NCBI GenBank assembly: GCA_905178155.1
Contig: CAJINV010000002.1
Location: 2,105,216 to 2,169,215 of the forward strand
Direction of reading: 5' to 3'
DNA: 64,000 nucleotides
From: Amoebophrya sp. A120
Taxonomy: Eukaryota > Protista > Dinoflagellata
In this document: in pieces, positions 36,999 to 49,600 of the stretch
Numbering within the stretch: the stretch's first letter is position 1
Layout of the letters: each line of letters opens with the position of its first letter
Made by a program: the position numbers and the translations under genes
The notes under the pieces: model-generated
What the model was told of the DNA's origin: nothing
The model's input: only the letters and a program-made list of their open reading frames with translations
The model's database searches: none

Positions 36999-37279
36999 CT
37001 TCCCCGCTGGGAAGCGCCCTCAGTGGCGGAATGGCACTGCGGTGCACTCTGAGCACATGAGCTGCCATCCATTAAAGCGAAAACTTCCTAAATCACCCTT
37101 CCCCGCTGGGAAACGCCCTCAGTGGCGGAATGGCACTGCGGTGCACTCTGAGCACATGAGCTACCATCCATTAGAACGCAACCTTCCTAAATCACCCTTC
37201 CCCGCTGGGAAGCGCCCTCAATGGCGGAATGGCACTGCGGTGCACTCTGAGCACATGAGCTACCATTCATTAGAACGCG
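36999..37279. repeat. Three-copy tandem repeat, 99-bp period
   Basis: CTTCCCCGCTGGGAA.CGCCCTCA.TGGCGGAATGGCACTGCGGTGCACTCTGAGCACATGAGCT starts at 36999, 37098 and 37197. Confidence 0.95.
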
Positions 37280-37688
37280 AGAACGATGTGAATCCATCAC
37301 AAAGCAAACTATCCAGCGAGACCTGCGGACTACGTCCGCGCTGGCTCCTTCCCCGACCCCACTCAGAGGGGTGGAAGACCAACAACTCCAGGCATTAGCT
37401 TCTAGGGATCTGCCAGCCCATATACAAAAACGGACGGGGGGAAACTCCCTCCAGTCACTCCACGAAAAGGCTCTACCAGGGTAGATGTGTCATTAATTTA
37501 TACGAAACAAACTTATTCCTTCGCTCTTGAATTGTCTTGTTGAAACTAAAATTGAAATTTGTCATGCTGCAAAGCAGATTCGCATCAAATCACGGGGGCA
37601 AGTTTGAATTTGTAAGTGCTACTTCATCTGTACATTAAAAGTATTGCAAAGTACTGCAACTGCTACTCTACTACCATAAAAAAATCGG

Positions 37689-40600
37689 CTACTCGCAGCA
37701 CCCCCCTTGATCAACTGGCTTCGGCTTCGGGCGCGGTTTGGGGGAGGCCACCGGCTGAGGTTGCGCAGCCGGGTTTGCTGGTTGAGCTTGTTGGGCGGGT
37801 GTGGTCTGTAGCACGATTTTTGTAGTCGTGGGCGGGTAGTTGTACGCAGCAGCCTGCAGCTGTGGCTGCGTCGTCGAAGGTTGTCTGTAGTACACGCCGG
37901 TTCCAGGTGGACGAGATGGCTGCTGCTGTAGTGGCATGGGCTGCAGCTGTGAAGATCCGGGTGGAACAGGAGCTCCTACTCCGGCGGGGTGCGAACCCAA
38001 ACTACCACCTCCTGCTTGTCGTGGTCCTACTCCGCCCGGGTACGGGTTGTACGGAGATGAAACTCGTCCTTGAGGTTGGAGTTGTTGTCCTATTGCAGCT
38101 CGTCCCGGTTGCGAATAAACGCCTGAGACTCGGCGCTGTGGCGGAGCGCCTGCGGCTGGTCTTCCACTTGCCGCGCCAGGACGCGAAGATCATATCCAGT
38201 GCAAACATGTCCTCTAGTGCGGTCCGCGTTTTGCTTTTGGTTTCGTATGAAGTAGTTCTTTGCAGTCAGCAACCGCATTCTGTTTCTGTTCTGAGCGGCG
38301 ATTCTACTTACTCATACAAGGATTTGAATTTCTTATGATTGAAGGCAAAACGAATTTCCAGACACAGACACGTTTCCAATGCATATGACGATACGCGTCG
38401 CGTGGTGCCCCTCCACTTTTTCCTTTTCCTCCATTTCCTTTCTGTGCTGGTGGTGCTACTCGATGGCCACTGGGACGAGGTGCAGGTGGTGGTCCTACAA
38501 CACGTTGCGGATCGGAAAGATGTTGATGTGGTACTTGGACACCAGGTGCTAACTGGTAGTCGTCGAGACCGAGACCGGGAGCAGGTTCTCCTGCTACAGC
38601 TCCTCCAGCAGTTTGAGCACCTTCTTGCAGAACGACAGGTCCTACTCCTAGTCGAGGTGGTTGCTGACCGATAATACCGTGATCTTCTTGGTCAACATGA
38701 ACATCTCCTGCTCCAGCAGGGAGCCGCGGCCCAAGAGCCGCCCCAAGCGAAGATCCTAGGCGTCCCTGTTGCTGTTCTTCTTTTCGCGCGTCGAGAATAT
38801 TATTATCGACGTAAGGTCGTAATCCTGGTTCCTCTTGTTCCCGAGGATCTTGCTGGACAACGGGGGCTGCTGGTCGTGCTCCTCCTTCCGGAAGTTGAGG
38901 AACTCCGCCAGCGGCTAGGCTACTTTCAGGCTGCTTTCCTCGGTCGAGGTCGCTGGTGCTGCTTCCTTTGCGACCGGGAACAGCGGCAACCCCAAATATG
39001 AAAGCGAAAAACGCACGCACTGATATCTTCCCTGGTTCTTCTACTTGTCATTGTTGCCTGTCACTATTCGTTCGTGTATGTTTCGTGTTTGGTGTGGTCC
39101 TTGCGTCAGCACGATGTGGGGCGCTGCAGAAACTACGAGCGTATTGCTATATCCGTGTCCTAGTAGTCCGCGTGATGTTCGTCCAGCTACACTACGGCAA
39201 GTAGTTGCCGTGGCATCACGAAAATCAAACATCGATATCTTACCACCATAAGTAACAACTGCAACTGAATCATAAGAATGCAGCTACGTGACTTGTCAAC
39301 CTCACCAGGTGCTTTTTACCAATATCTCAACGTCAACAACAACACTGCGATGCAGAAAAGAAAGAGGCCATAGAAGATTTCCTCAAGATTGTTGCCGCAC
39401 TTTTCGTTTTCATAATATGGGCTGCTGCGACCTTGCCGACCGCGGCCCGAAATGGTGCCGGCCGATGATGCTGATCCGGACCTGACCCTTGCACCGAGGC
39501 CGCCGCGGCCAAATCATCATCCCTGCGCCCCGTCTGAACTGGTCCCGTACTGCCCTCAGCAGGGCCAGAATCCGCCGCAGCGACACTACCTGCTGCTAAG
39601 GGACGCTCCTGGTGCTGTGCAGGACCTACCATCGGTTTGGGAGGTCGTGTAGATATTTGCGGAGGATGAAGACCGGCTTCTGCTCCTCCCGCGCCCCCAC
39701 CTTGCGGAGGGAGGAGCTGAAGACCCGCTTCTGCTCCTCCCGCGCCCCCACCTGGCGCATCGGTGCGGACACGGGCAGGAGCGAGGGCGGATGGATCTTG
39801 GTGAAGATGTTGATCCAGCGATTGCGCCGGTAGAAAATCGGCTGGCGCTTGCGGAAGCATGTCGGGCTCGGGGGGTCCTGGTCTACTGGTCACAGCAGCT
39901 GCGCCCCCGGCCGTTGCGGTGGAGGAGACACCAGGCGGGGCACCTCCGGCTGGCTCCAAGATACTGCCGGCGACGCTGCTGCCCCCACCTGCAGCAGCAC
40001 CACCAGCAGCTCCGGGCTCAAGAGGGGCGTCAAAACTGTCACTGGTGACGGCGGCCGGCGGCGCGGGGGATGTTGACGCAGAACTCGTGGTCGGGATGGT
40101 CTGGGACTGGGTCCCGGCCGCTGCTAGAGCTGCTGCTGGTTCGCCTGCGGGCCCACCAGAACTTCCTCCAGCCCCGTTCACGTCCTCCGCCTGGAGGCTC
40201 GGGAGCCGCTGCTCGTCGGCGCCCGGGGGGTCAGCGTTCTTGCGAGCTGGGAGTGGCGCAGGGTCGCTAGTCTTCAGCGCGGTGCAGTCCTGCTTTTCCA
40301 ACCAATTAATCGCGTTGTTGAACTTGGGCTTGTCGGGTCTCTCCAGCTGCAGCTGTGCCAGTTCCACCCGCAACCAAAACCCACCCTCCTTTTTCTCCGT
40401 TAGTTCCCGTGCTGCACTGTGTAAGGGAGGCTTGGCTTCAGGATTGGGCCGCTTGTCTCTTTCAGCGGCCCACTCTCGTTCAATTTCGGCCGGATCCCCT
40501 AACGCGAGTGCGGACTTTTCAATCGCGGCAATGTGGATGCGTATATGTGACTGCATTTTCTCTTTTAAACCATTATTTGTTTCCAGGTGATACCGGCTTT

Positions 40601-43600
40601 CGAAGCCACAATATTTCTCCCAGCATCCCTTCGCTTCGAGTTTCTTTTCTTGTTTTTCACCAGCAGGCGACGGAAGTTGCTCTTGCTCCTGCTTCTCGAG
40701 CTCGACCTCGTCCTGTGCTGCTTTGCATTGCTGCGTCAAATGCAGAGGAGTGACCTGCATAGGCAATCTCTTGCCGAAATTCTCTGCGCCACAAATATCT
40801 GCGTGATTCTCAAGAAATGCTGATGCAGTGATGTCGCTCTGGATCTCCAGATCCGTCGAGTAATCGTGGTCCGGCCTGCACAGAAAGGCGGTATCGAGGC
40901 CCAGAGTGACGCTCGTGCGAGGCGATGAACCGCCACCCGTGAGGCGCTCGAACTCCCGATGAAGGCTTCGGCTTATAACGTCCATTAGTTCCCACTGCAA
41001 GGGCAGGCCCATCACGTCTGTGACATCTCTCGTGCATATTGGGGGGCCCGCCGTGGCCGCAACGCCTGTCTTGAGATCCACAGCGGCCAGAAGCCTGTCT
41101 TCGCCATTACTCCCATTATTGTCGACTACAATAAAATGTCGCACGTCTGCGAGGAGACGATGTTTCTTTTTGGTTCAATATCCCAACAAAAAATTCTTGC
41201 ACTGAGAGCTTTTTCGCGCCCTGAGTCTAAAACTGTTTGGCTCTGTTCCACGTGATGACGAGGCTCTGTGGTGCGCAGACTCATTTGACTATATGTAGTT
41301 GTTTAGAGCGCGCACGGTAAAGCCAGCAGTAGTATGCAGCCTCTCTATTCAATTTATCCCTTTTCTTGCAAATAACTCAAAAAAGATATAAACTGGCCTT
41401 GTCTTCTCCGCCAGAAAAAACTGCCGCGGGCCCAAAGTGCAGACAAACTTTTCTTTTTGTGGGGGATATCAATATTTCTCCTGTCTCTATAGCTTTCAAG
41501 ACGTTGGATACCGGGTTCCGGATAATCCACGCGTCTGCGTTCGCTTGCGCCGGTAGTCGCGGGCCAGTTTTTGCGGTGAACGGATTGGTAAATGATGTCA
41601 CACTTCCCAGTGATCGCGCGACCATGCGACCCCACAGTTCCTCTTTTTCCACGAGATTCATTCCAAGCCAGATCTCGTAGCCATGGAAGGCTTCCGCAAC
41701 TCCAGCTCCTAGTTCTGGTGGAGGGTTCCTCAGCCATTCGATGATTCCAAGAGGCGTTTGGTTATTCTCGATTAGGGCGTGCTTTTGCTGCTTTATGCGT
41801 TCGTATTAGCGCTTTAAAGTATCCATTCTGGCCGTCATCGAAAAATATTGTCCGCGGCTTTTTTTTTAAAGAAGAAACGAGACGCAGGCAGCTAGCTTTG
41901 CGTCCCACCGAGCCACCAGATCTGGCGAGACCATGCGCGGCCCTCGCTCACAAGCTTACGGGAAGGCGACAGCCTCAGTGGGGGGCGCAACAAAATTTGC
42001 TACATCAAATTTGCTGCAAATTTGCTTCGAATTTGCTTCTATTTGCTTCAAATTTGCTTCTGGCTGGCTTCAAATTTGCTATGACGCGCTCGAAAATGCG
42101 TCGCGCCAACACGCCAACAAACGGGACTAGAGTCCTAGAACAAACTCTTTCAGGAGACGTCGCAATATTGCGACGCAGTATTGCGACGCAAAAAGTTTGC
42201 TGCAAATCGTTGAAAATTTGCATCAAATTTGTCGGAAATTTGACACAAATTTGCTGCAGCACTATTTTAGCCGCACATTTGCCGGAAAGTTTGCCCGCAA
42301 ATTTTACATTTTGCAAATTTTAAAAACATCCAGAAGCCCAAAGCATTCCCGCTTCCTGCGAGTCGCGCAAGAGCTACAGACGCACCTTCGCGCTAGGTTT
42401 CAAGGCCAGGGAACCAGCAGACCAGATATGTCGCGCGCAGTATTTTTCGAATGTTCGGGAGAATGGATTCTTCACACCGTTAATCGTATATATATCTATC
42501 GTTAGCATCGTTTGCGCTTTTTTCTCCCTCCATCGCTTTTGGGTTCGTAGCGAACCCGCAATAGCGGGAAAACTTGTAGGTTAGATCCATTGCATGAACC
42601 AACCTTTCCAGCACGTGGCGTTGGTACTCTCTTTGGACGGGCGATTGCGATCCCGTGTCCCCTGCGACATTGCTAAATCGAAACGCCGTTGCGACATGAG
42701 AGAGACGAATCCCGATCGGCCCTTCTAATTCTTGCTCGACCTTCTTTCGTTCGAGTTCGGTCAGCTCCGTTTTGTCCCGCCTAACAGGGCCGGCACGCTT
42801 TGTCCAGGCTACGCTATTCTCGTAGCCTTTGTCCAGGCTATCTTCTTTCCTCGTTAGGAAAAATCCCCCCGCCCAAAATAGGCAGTGAAGCTTGCGACGT
42901 TCCCTTCTATTTTTCCGTTGACTATTTCCTATATTATTGTTTGTATTATCTTGCCGCAGGTTTCTACAGTCTCAGGCGAGCGCCCTCGCCTCTCAGCCAG
43001 GGGCTGCGCGCGTGTGAAACGGGTCAATATCGCTGAATGCGAGTGAGCGTGTCGATGCATATTCAGTCAGTAATCCATCAAAACCAAGCCCCGTACTTCA
43101 GCTGTAGACCTGCGGGGAATCCGCTCTCGGTTCGCGCACTTGCGCGGCAGGGCGACCTACCTGGCCATAGATATGATCTGTGCGCCACATCGGCGCACAT
43201 ACAAAAGACGCTTCTTTTCGGACAGTCCTTTTCTAAATTTTCTTTCGGTTCCAGTTTCAGCATTAGTGGCAGCATCACCAGACTTTATCGAAACTACAGG
43301 AGAGGTCGCTAAGGTTCTTCATCACTTCACTTTTTAAGCTAGGAGGCCCGTCGCGCCTCGGACACGAGACCTGAATGAATGCAAAGCCATCTACGAGTAC
43401 GACTCCTAAATTCGGTGTGGCGCTGTTTTGTTAGTCTTGGTTTTGTGTTCTTGCATTCAGGGAAAGCGAGGCCCCTGCGGAGCATTCGACAAACAATCTG
43501 TGGTGCGTTTTCGACTGTGTCAGAGACATCTTCCTCGTCCGCGTTAAACCGCTAGACGTATAGCGAAAAAGCGAAGGGTGATGCACCTGCAGGAGCCGTG

Positions 43601-46600
43601 TGCTGCATACGAAGCCTTCCGCTGAACATGGAGGGGGGATTTTTTGATCTAATATTTTCGGACAAAGTTTCGTATTCGGCGGGAGTCATCATAAGTTTGC
43701 CTTCCCTTTCCTCCTTCCTGTCGGCTTTGGCTCCCCATTTCGTGTAGTCCCACCAATAGTTTCCTTTCCCGTTCCGCTGCTGCGGCTTCCCCATTCATGC
43801 ATTGCAAAAGCATCGCACTAGTAAGTCTTCCATGAGTCTGCACATGACATACACATAGCTAAACCTACCCAAAATGAAAATAAAAGGAAGGAGTGTCGTT
43901 TGAAGAAGCTGAAGCGGTAGCCACTTTAATCCTGGCAAACTGGCGCTAGAGCGGATTTAGTCCCTGGGAACCACAACAGCTGGACTCTGTGCCGGTGCCC
44001 ATAGGTGGGTCCCGATCGAACACCTCTTTTACAGGTCACACAGAGCCGCAACTGCTGACTTCCTCTTCCGCTTAGCTACACGAGTAGACGTTCCTGGGCT
44101 GCTAGATGCGGCAGGTCTGCTTCACCATCCAATCCCGCAAGCCAGGTAGAGTTCCGGTGTGGCTTTGATGGGTTTAAGGCAACAAGCTCGGTAAGCCTAT
44201 AAACCTTTCAGAGCGTCGTATAAATATGCCTTTTTTATTGTGCCACGTTCGAAGTTCTTCGTGGCGAATCTTCAGGTATCAAAAATGTTCTGAGAGAACA
44301 AGACTTTGTATACGGTATTGCAACTCCAGCAACCTGCGTGTAATACTACTACGATACTTTTACACAGCATATCGTCTTGTCTTTGGGTATTGACAAATGT
44401 GCACCCCCCACATCGGGATAGAGCCTCTCGTCATGGAGCATGGCAAGGTTCCATATCAGATCCCAGCCAAAATTCCAATGTAGCGGTTCATCGCTCCACA
44501 ACGGCACCCACTCTCCAGTGTTCTCATCAACGTCCGGAGCATCGTGTGCACGTGGGACACGTCGAACCTGTCCCGATTTTAGCGTCCCTGCGTTTCGAAG
44601 GGTCTTCGGAAGAGTTTTCGTCAGAAGCTCTACTGCGTCGCTCGCGCATGAATAATCGTCTCTGAGCTTGATGTGGCCCTCAAGCTCTTTGACGAGGTCC
44701 TCCAGAACTGATTTTTTTGCTTCAACCCGCGAGTGCGTGTCTTCAGGATCAGGCTCTCCAGGCTCTACACGAAATCCGGGCAAGACTTGCCGCAAGTCAT
44801 GCCCGGCTGCATTGAGAAAAACCCACCCCAGCACCTTATCGCGTTCTCAAGCGTTACATTCTCAAGTGTTACATGGATTTGTAATGCTAAACCGACCGTC
44901 GAAACCACAAACGCACCCATAGGGCATCTTTCCGCAGATGGTCAGGCCACCGGGTCGCGGAGTCAAAATGCAAGAATAGCACAGGTGAGAGGGAGAACCT
45001 TGCGCGTCTTGCATTACAGATTTGGCGCGGATTCTAGTGCTATTTAGTGAGTCCTCCAAAATTTGTCATGCGAAGTAGCTTGATCTTCACCGTGGCGATG
45101 TTCATGTAGTTGTTCCTTCTCCTTGGTTGTTGTTGATAGTGCTTTTGCGTGACAAATCATGTAAACAGTTGAGAACGTAACTTTTGAGAACCCCATACAC
45201 CTTGAAGACTTCTTGCGGCTCCACCAGGTCGTCAACAAGAAATTTTTCGACCTTCGGATTATTCGGATCCGAGGAAGTGAGCCCCGCCATCTCAATCATT
45301 CTCTCAGCGAGAAGGCTCTTCCCGGTACCCGTGTTGCCGAAGGTGATGAAGAGCTTTGGTTTATTGTCGATGCTATTGACATTGTTTACGGCCAGTTGTA
45401 CAAGCAGCTTCTGGTTCTCCTCGTTGGCGTATGGATCTGGAACCCATGACTCCTCTCCGGCCTCCGATATTTTGGTTTCCGATACTCCCCGCCAATCCTC
45501 CTCCGGTGTCCCAATCTGCTGATACTGCATGACCGGAGTCATTTTTTTCCTTTTCATTTTAGGCTCCGTCACCAGTGGCCGCCTGTCTGGTCCTATTGTT
45601 GCGAGGGGTTCTTTCTTTAACTCCGGCGTCGGAAGGAGACAGCCTTCAGCAGCCAACTTTCGAAGCTCTTGCCGGTCCTTCTCGTCCACAACCTCACCTA
45701 CCGGATCTATCACAGAAAAAAAGCGTGGTAGTTTCATCGCGCTGATTCATACATCTGCTGTACTGCTGCACGACCAGTTGTAGCAAAGTAATTTACAGGA
45801 CAACTTTTCGTCCATTTCGTTTGAAATATTCAATTTTGATCTTATTATGCAGCAAGAAGTAACGATGGATATATCTATATTTTCGAAGCATGCCCTTGCC
45901 CCCTTTGCTCTTGCTCTTCTGTCTACTCTGTGCGGCTGCGTCATGACACGTTTCTTTCATGCCGTGAAGGTCCGGACTAGATTCCTGCAGCTGGTGCTTC
46001 GGTTTCTGTCGAAAGAATTCTACGCGATTAACAAAATGCTAATCCTCTGTGATAGGGTTCACTATTGCGTCGTACACGTCTTTTGGTAACGTAGCCCGCC
46101 AGTACGTAGTCGTCTCTTGTTGTAGATCTTTATTGACAATTACCGGAGGAAGTTGTGCGTATTCAGCCCAGGGTTGAGGCGGCGCTACTTTGTCGTCAAG
46201 TGACCTGCTCTGCTTCAGAAGATGCGCTTCCTTCTGCACCAAGGACGCGACGGCCGTTTGGTCCCCGACGCCGACCTGCTCCTCCCCCTCTACTACTCCA
46301 GGCAACAGCCCTGATTCCTGAGACGCACGACCAGGAGGCACCACGCCTCCACTAGCGTCCTCCCGATATCAAATGTAAAAATGTCTGGGTCTGGAAGAAT
46401 CATGCTGCTTTTGCATGACACAGAAGGTATGGCATGGAAGCTCTAGCATCACAGGTTTCGAGAAGCGTTCGCAATGCCGGATCCGCATGACAAATCCCTG
46501 ATTTTGGTGACAGAAAGTGGGCAACTTTTGTTGCCTATGCATGAGAGATTTTTCTGTGTTCTGAAATGCGCATCACAAGTTTCAACCTTCCAGACCCAGA

Positions 46601-49600
46601 CATTTTTGCAAGTGATACCCGAAGTAGAGGAACAACATCGCCACTACCTTCGCTATGGGGCTCTCAAACGTTACACTCTCAACTGTTACATGCTTTGTCA
46701 TGCAAAATGACCATGACCCGCCACACGACCAAGCTGCTTCGCATGATAAATTCTCGGAGGGCTAAATAGCACTGTAATCCGCACCAATAAACCTGTAATG
46801 CAAGACGCGCAAGGTTCTCCCTCTCGCCTGTGCTAATCTTGCATTACAAATTCATGTAACAGTTGAGAAGGTAACCGATTTGAGAACGCCATATTCGCGT
46901 CGCCCTTCTTGTGCAGGAGGAGCAATCGACGCCACGGGCGCGATATGCAAGAAAAAAAGTATGTGAGTGTAAGTCTGTGATGCAGAAAGTCCAAAACTGT
47001 TACACTTGTCATGCTGGGTCTGCGTCATAGGTTACTTTCACAGGTGTTTTCACGTACTGGCTGCGCATGACAGGTTTTCCCTGCAATGCAAAGCGAATTT
47101 GTGATGCTATTTTCCCTACAGAGTTACACTTACACAGTTTTTTTCCTGGATACGCGACCGTAGTGACCTTCGTACCCGCAGCAGCGGCACCACCCACGAC
47201 CTCTTCGAGAAGTGCAACAGCCGCCGAAGTTGTTGCACTAGAAGTGCTGGCGCCTAGATCTTCTTGTATCCTGTGGAAAAACATCCCCAGCACCCCAGAG
47301 CCGTCGTGCAGTTTTTTTTTGGAACGGTTTGGAATTTTTGCATCTACAGGAACACTTGTTGCAATGCCGGTCCTCATGAGGAGCATTTTTGGAAGTCGTG
47401 TTTTGGCATTTGCAATGCTGTAAGCAGGTGGCTTCTTGCTTGTTCTTTGGATCTCCTTGCTAAACTTCACTAGCATACAGAGAGAATAAACTTGTCATGC
47501 GTAGTTACTCTGAAAACCCCTTTTGGATGTATCTATAAGGCAAAATTCCCATCTTGACTCTAGGGTGTCGTGGGCCTCGTAGATTTACGCAGCATATCTT
47601 GACGCGGAGCATGATCTTCCACCGCATGATCTTGTGCAGCGGGAGGCGCTTCTGCAGCAGTGGTAGCACCCGTCGCTGCGAGACCTTCTCCGTCGCCGCC
47701 CTGTTCGGCTTCGGCAGCACCAGTACTAGTAGCACTTCTTTTATCCTGCTCTTCCGCGAAGGAAGCGGCGGTCATCTCGGTGGGAAAGCTCTCCGCCGCG
47801 CTGCCTTCACGACGATCTCCCGGGACCGCTCCATCCACCAGGTCGTTGTGGTTGTTTTTTTCATCTACTTGAAGATCCGCTTTTTCTCCTGCTTGATGCC
47901 CATGCTTCATTGTCATCGGGAGGGGAAGCTTGATGTAGTTTAAGTTCTTGTTTTCATCTTCTACTTTATCGTTGTTCGACATGGCAGCAGGCGATGTTGT
48001 TCTAGTTGTAGTACTACCCAGTTGCGCCGGATCTTTTTGTTCTTCAACCACACCAGAAACGACTTCCGCGGGCTGTTGCTCAACCGAGCCTCGTTCTCCT
48101 CCTGGGCCCATATTGGTGCTGTTCTTGTCTACTGGTCCCCCTGAAGATCCACTCAACATGAGCTCGCCGCCAAAATTCGCAACCTGGTCCTTTTCCGGGA
48201 GCACAACTCCGGGTAGTTGCACGAACGCAGCGGAAGCAGCTCCTGCTCCACCACCGCTCGCAGCGGTACAACCCTCGGACAGCTGCTGGTGCCCCTCGCC
48301 TTCGGGGCACGGCTGCTTCAGTGCCCTCTGCTCGGTGTTCCCGGCGGGGCTCGGGTCGTGCTGCTGCCCAGAGTTGTGCGCGGACCCTTGTTCCGAGCCG
48401 CGGCTGCGAAGGTCATCTAGTTGTGCGAGCGATTGCGAGGCAGTTTTCTTTTCGTTGGGCGAAGGCGCAGGAAGAACAACCTTCTGCTGTCCACGAACTG
48501 GTTCTTCATCTTCGTCCACAGCAGTTTTGACATTGTCTTTCTCCGGCGCTGCTGGTGCTGGCACTGAATTCAAGAAACTCTCCGCATAATTTTCCGCCAC
48601 TTCATCTTCTCCATAATTTTTGCTCCTTCGCCGTGCGGAGGTAGTTCCTTCGCTACTTCCACTTGCTGCACCTCCTCCCACCTCTGAAGCAGGAGGAGCA
48701 ACAGCAACCTTATCTCCGCTTTTTCGTAACGCTGCAGCTGCCTCACTGTTCATTTGATCACCGCGACCGGATGAGGAAAACTTAGCCAACTCACCGACAG
48801 GAGCACTGCCCTGTTGTTCTACTGGATCTACTTCTCTGGGCCGTCGCGCTCCTTGGGGTCCGGAAGAGACCTGCGCTGTTGACGTTGCGGGAGCAGGAGC
48901 GTCGTCGAGCAGCTCACTGTCGCCTTCCGCAGCCGTCTCCGTGGCCGCGGCCCCTGCTCCAGCGGCCGGGGGCTGCACAGGTCGTGGATCATCATGAAGT
49001 GGCAGATCGTGACTATTTTCCACTGTGGACGTCACCGTGGGTGTAGTTGATGTACTAGCTGCATCTTCTGGATGAAGAAGGTGGCTTGATGTTCCTGTTC
49101 CAAAATTTGGATTTCCATTTCGTTGTTTCAAGTTCTCACCCTGTTGATTTTCAAGAAAAGCTTCAACAGCGTCTTCCTTTCCAGCCGAAGGAGGTGCTGT
49201 AGTTGTACGTGCGTCCTCAGAACCGCCCGCAGCGAGAGTAGCTTCTTCTGCACTGGCGCTACGACCTACTTTGGGAGTAGTGGATGCAGAAGTCGTGGTT
49301 TCTGCCATGCTGACGGCTTGATCGTGCAGCTGCGTCGTCGTGCCACTTCGGCTTGCAGTCTTCACAACTACGGCCGCAGGAGAGAGAGCCGGCGGATCTA
49401 CCACCTCCGGTCGACTTTCTTGTGCGGTTTTTGAAGGCAGTACAACTTCTGGCCCCTGCTGGTGCTGGTTCTGCGCAGGAGGGTTTGTCGCAGTAGTATC
49501 GTCCACTGTTTTCTCCTGCAAAAATTGAAATGCGGTACTAGAAGAAGAAGGTGTTGTTGTCAACGCCTCCTCTTCTTGCTGCACCTGTGAAGCAGGAGGC

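Larger units (their letters stand above)
31300..37480 (+). mobile_element. Probable heavily decayed tyrosine-recombinase retrotransposon (DIRS/Ngaro-like); boundaries approximate
   Basis: T-poor plus strand, no long ORF and no introners. Frameshifted motif ghosts in the expected order: RT-like NDGYCQM (33808), VLMTG (33933), *ANN for YADD (34055); RNase H-like ETNS (about 34770); YR-like LVGKSKT (35481) and RKGAT (35686). Confidence 0.4.

Noticed and set aside
39333-39372. C-terminal SQCCC* as a prenylation signal
   Set aside because: Probably read-through into the decayed intron 39024-39372; the in-frame continuation ends GGCCE*. Not certain.
45745-46054. Intron between the paralogue B exons IVNP and MKLPRFF
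   Set aside because: An intron is clearly present, but its boundaries could not be fixed by TIR/TSD or GT-AG, so it is not listed or counted as an introner.
211-47596. Recurring TGTCATGC motifs separated by about 30 nt, resembling a CRISPR array
   Set aside because: The repeats are only 8-9 nt and occur in both orientations, the intervening sequence is conserved between family members, and no cas genes are present.
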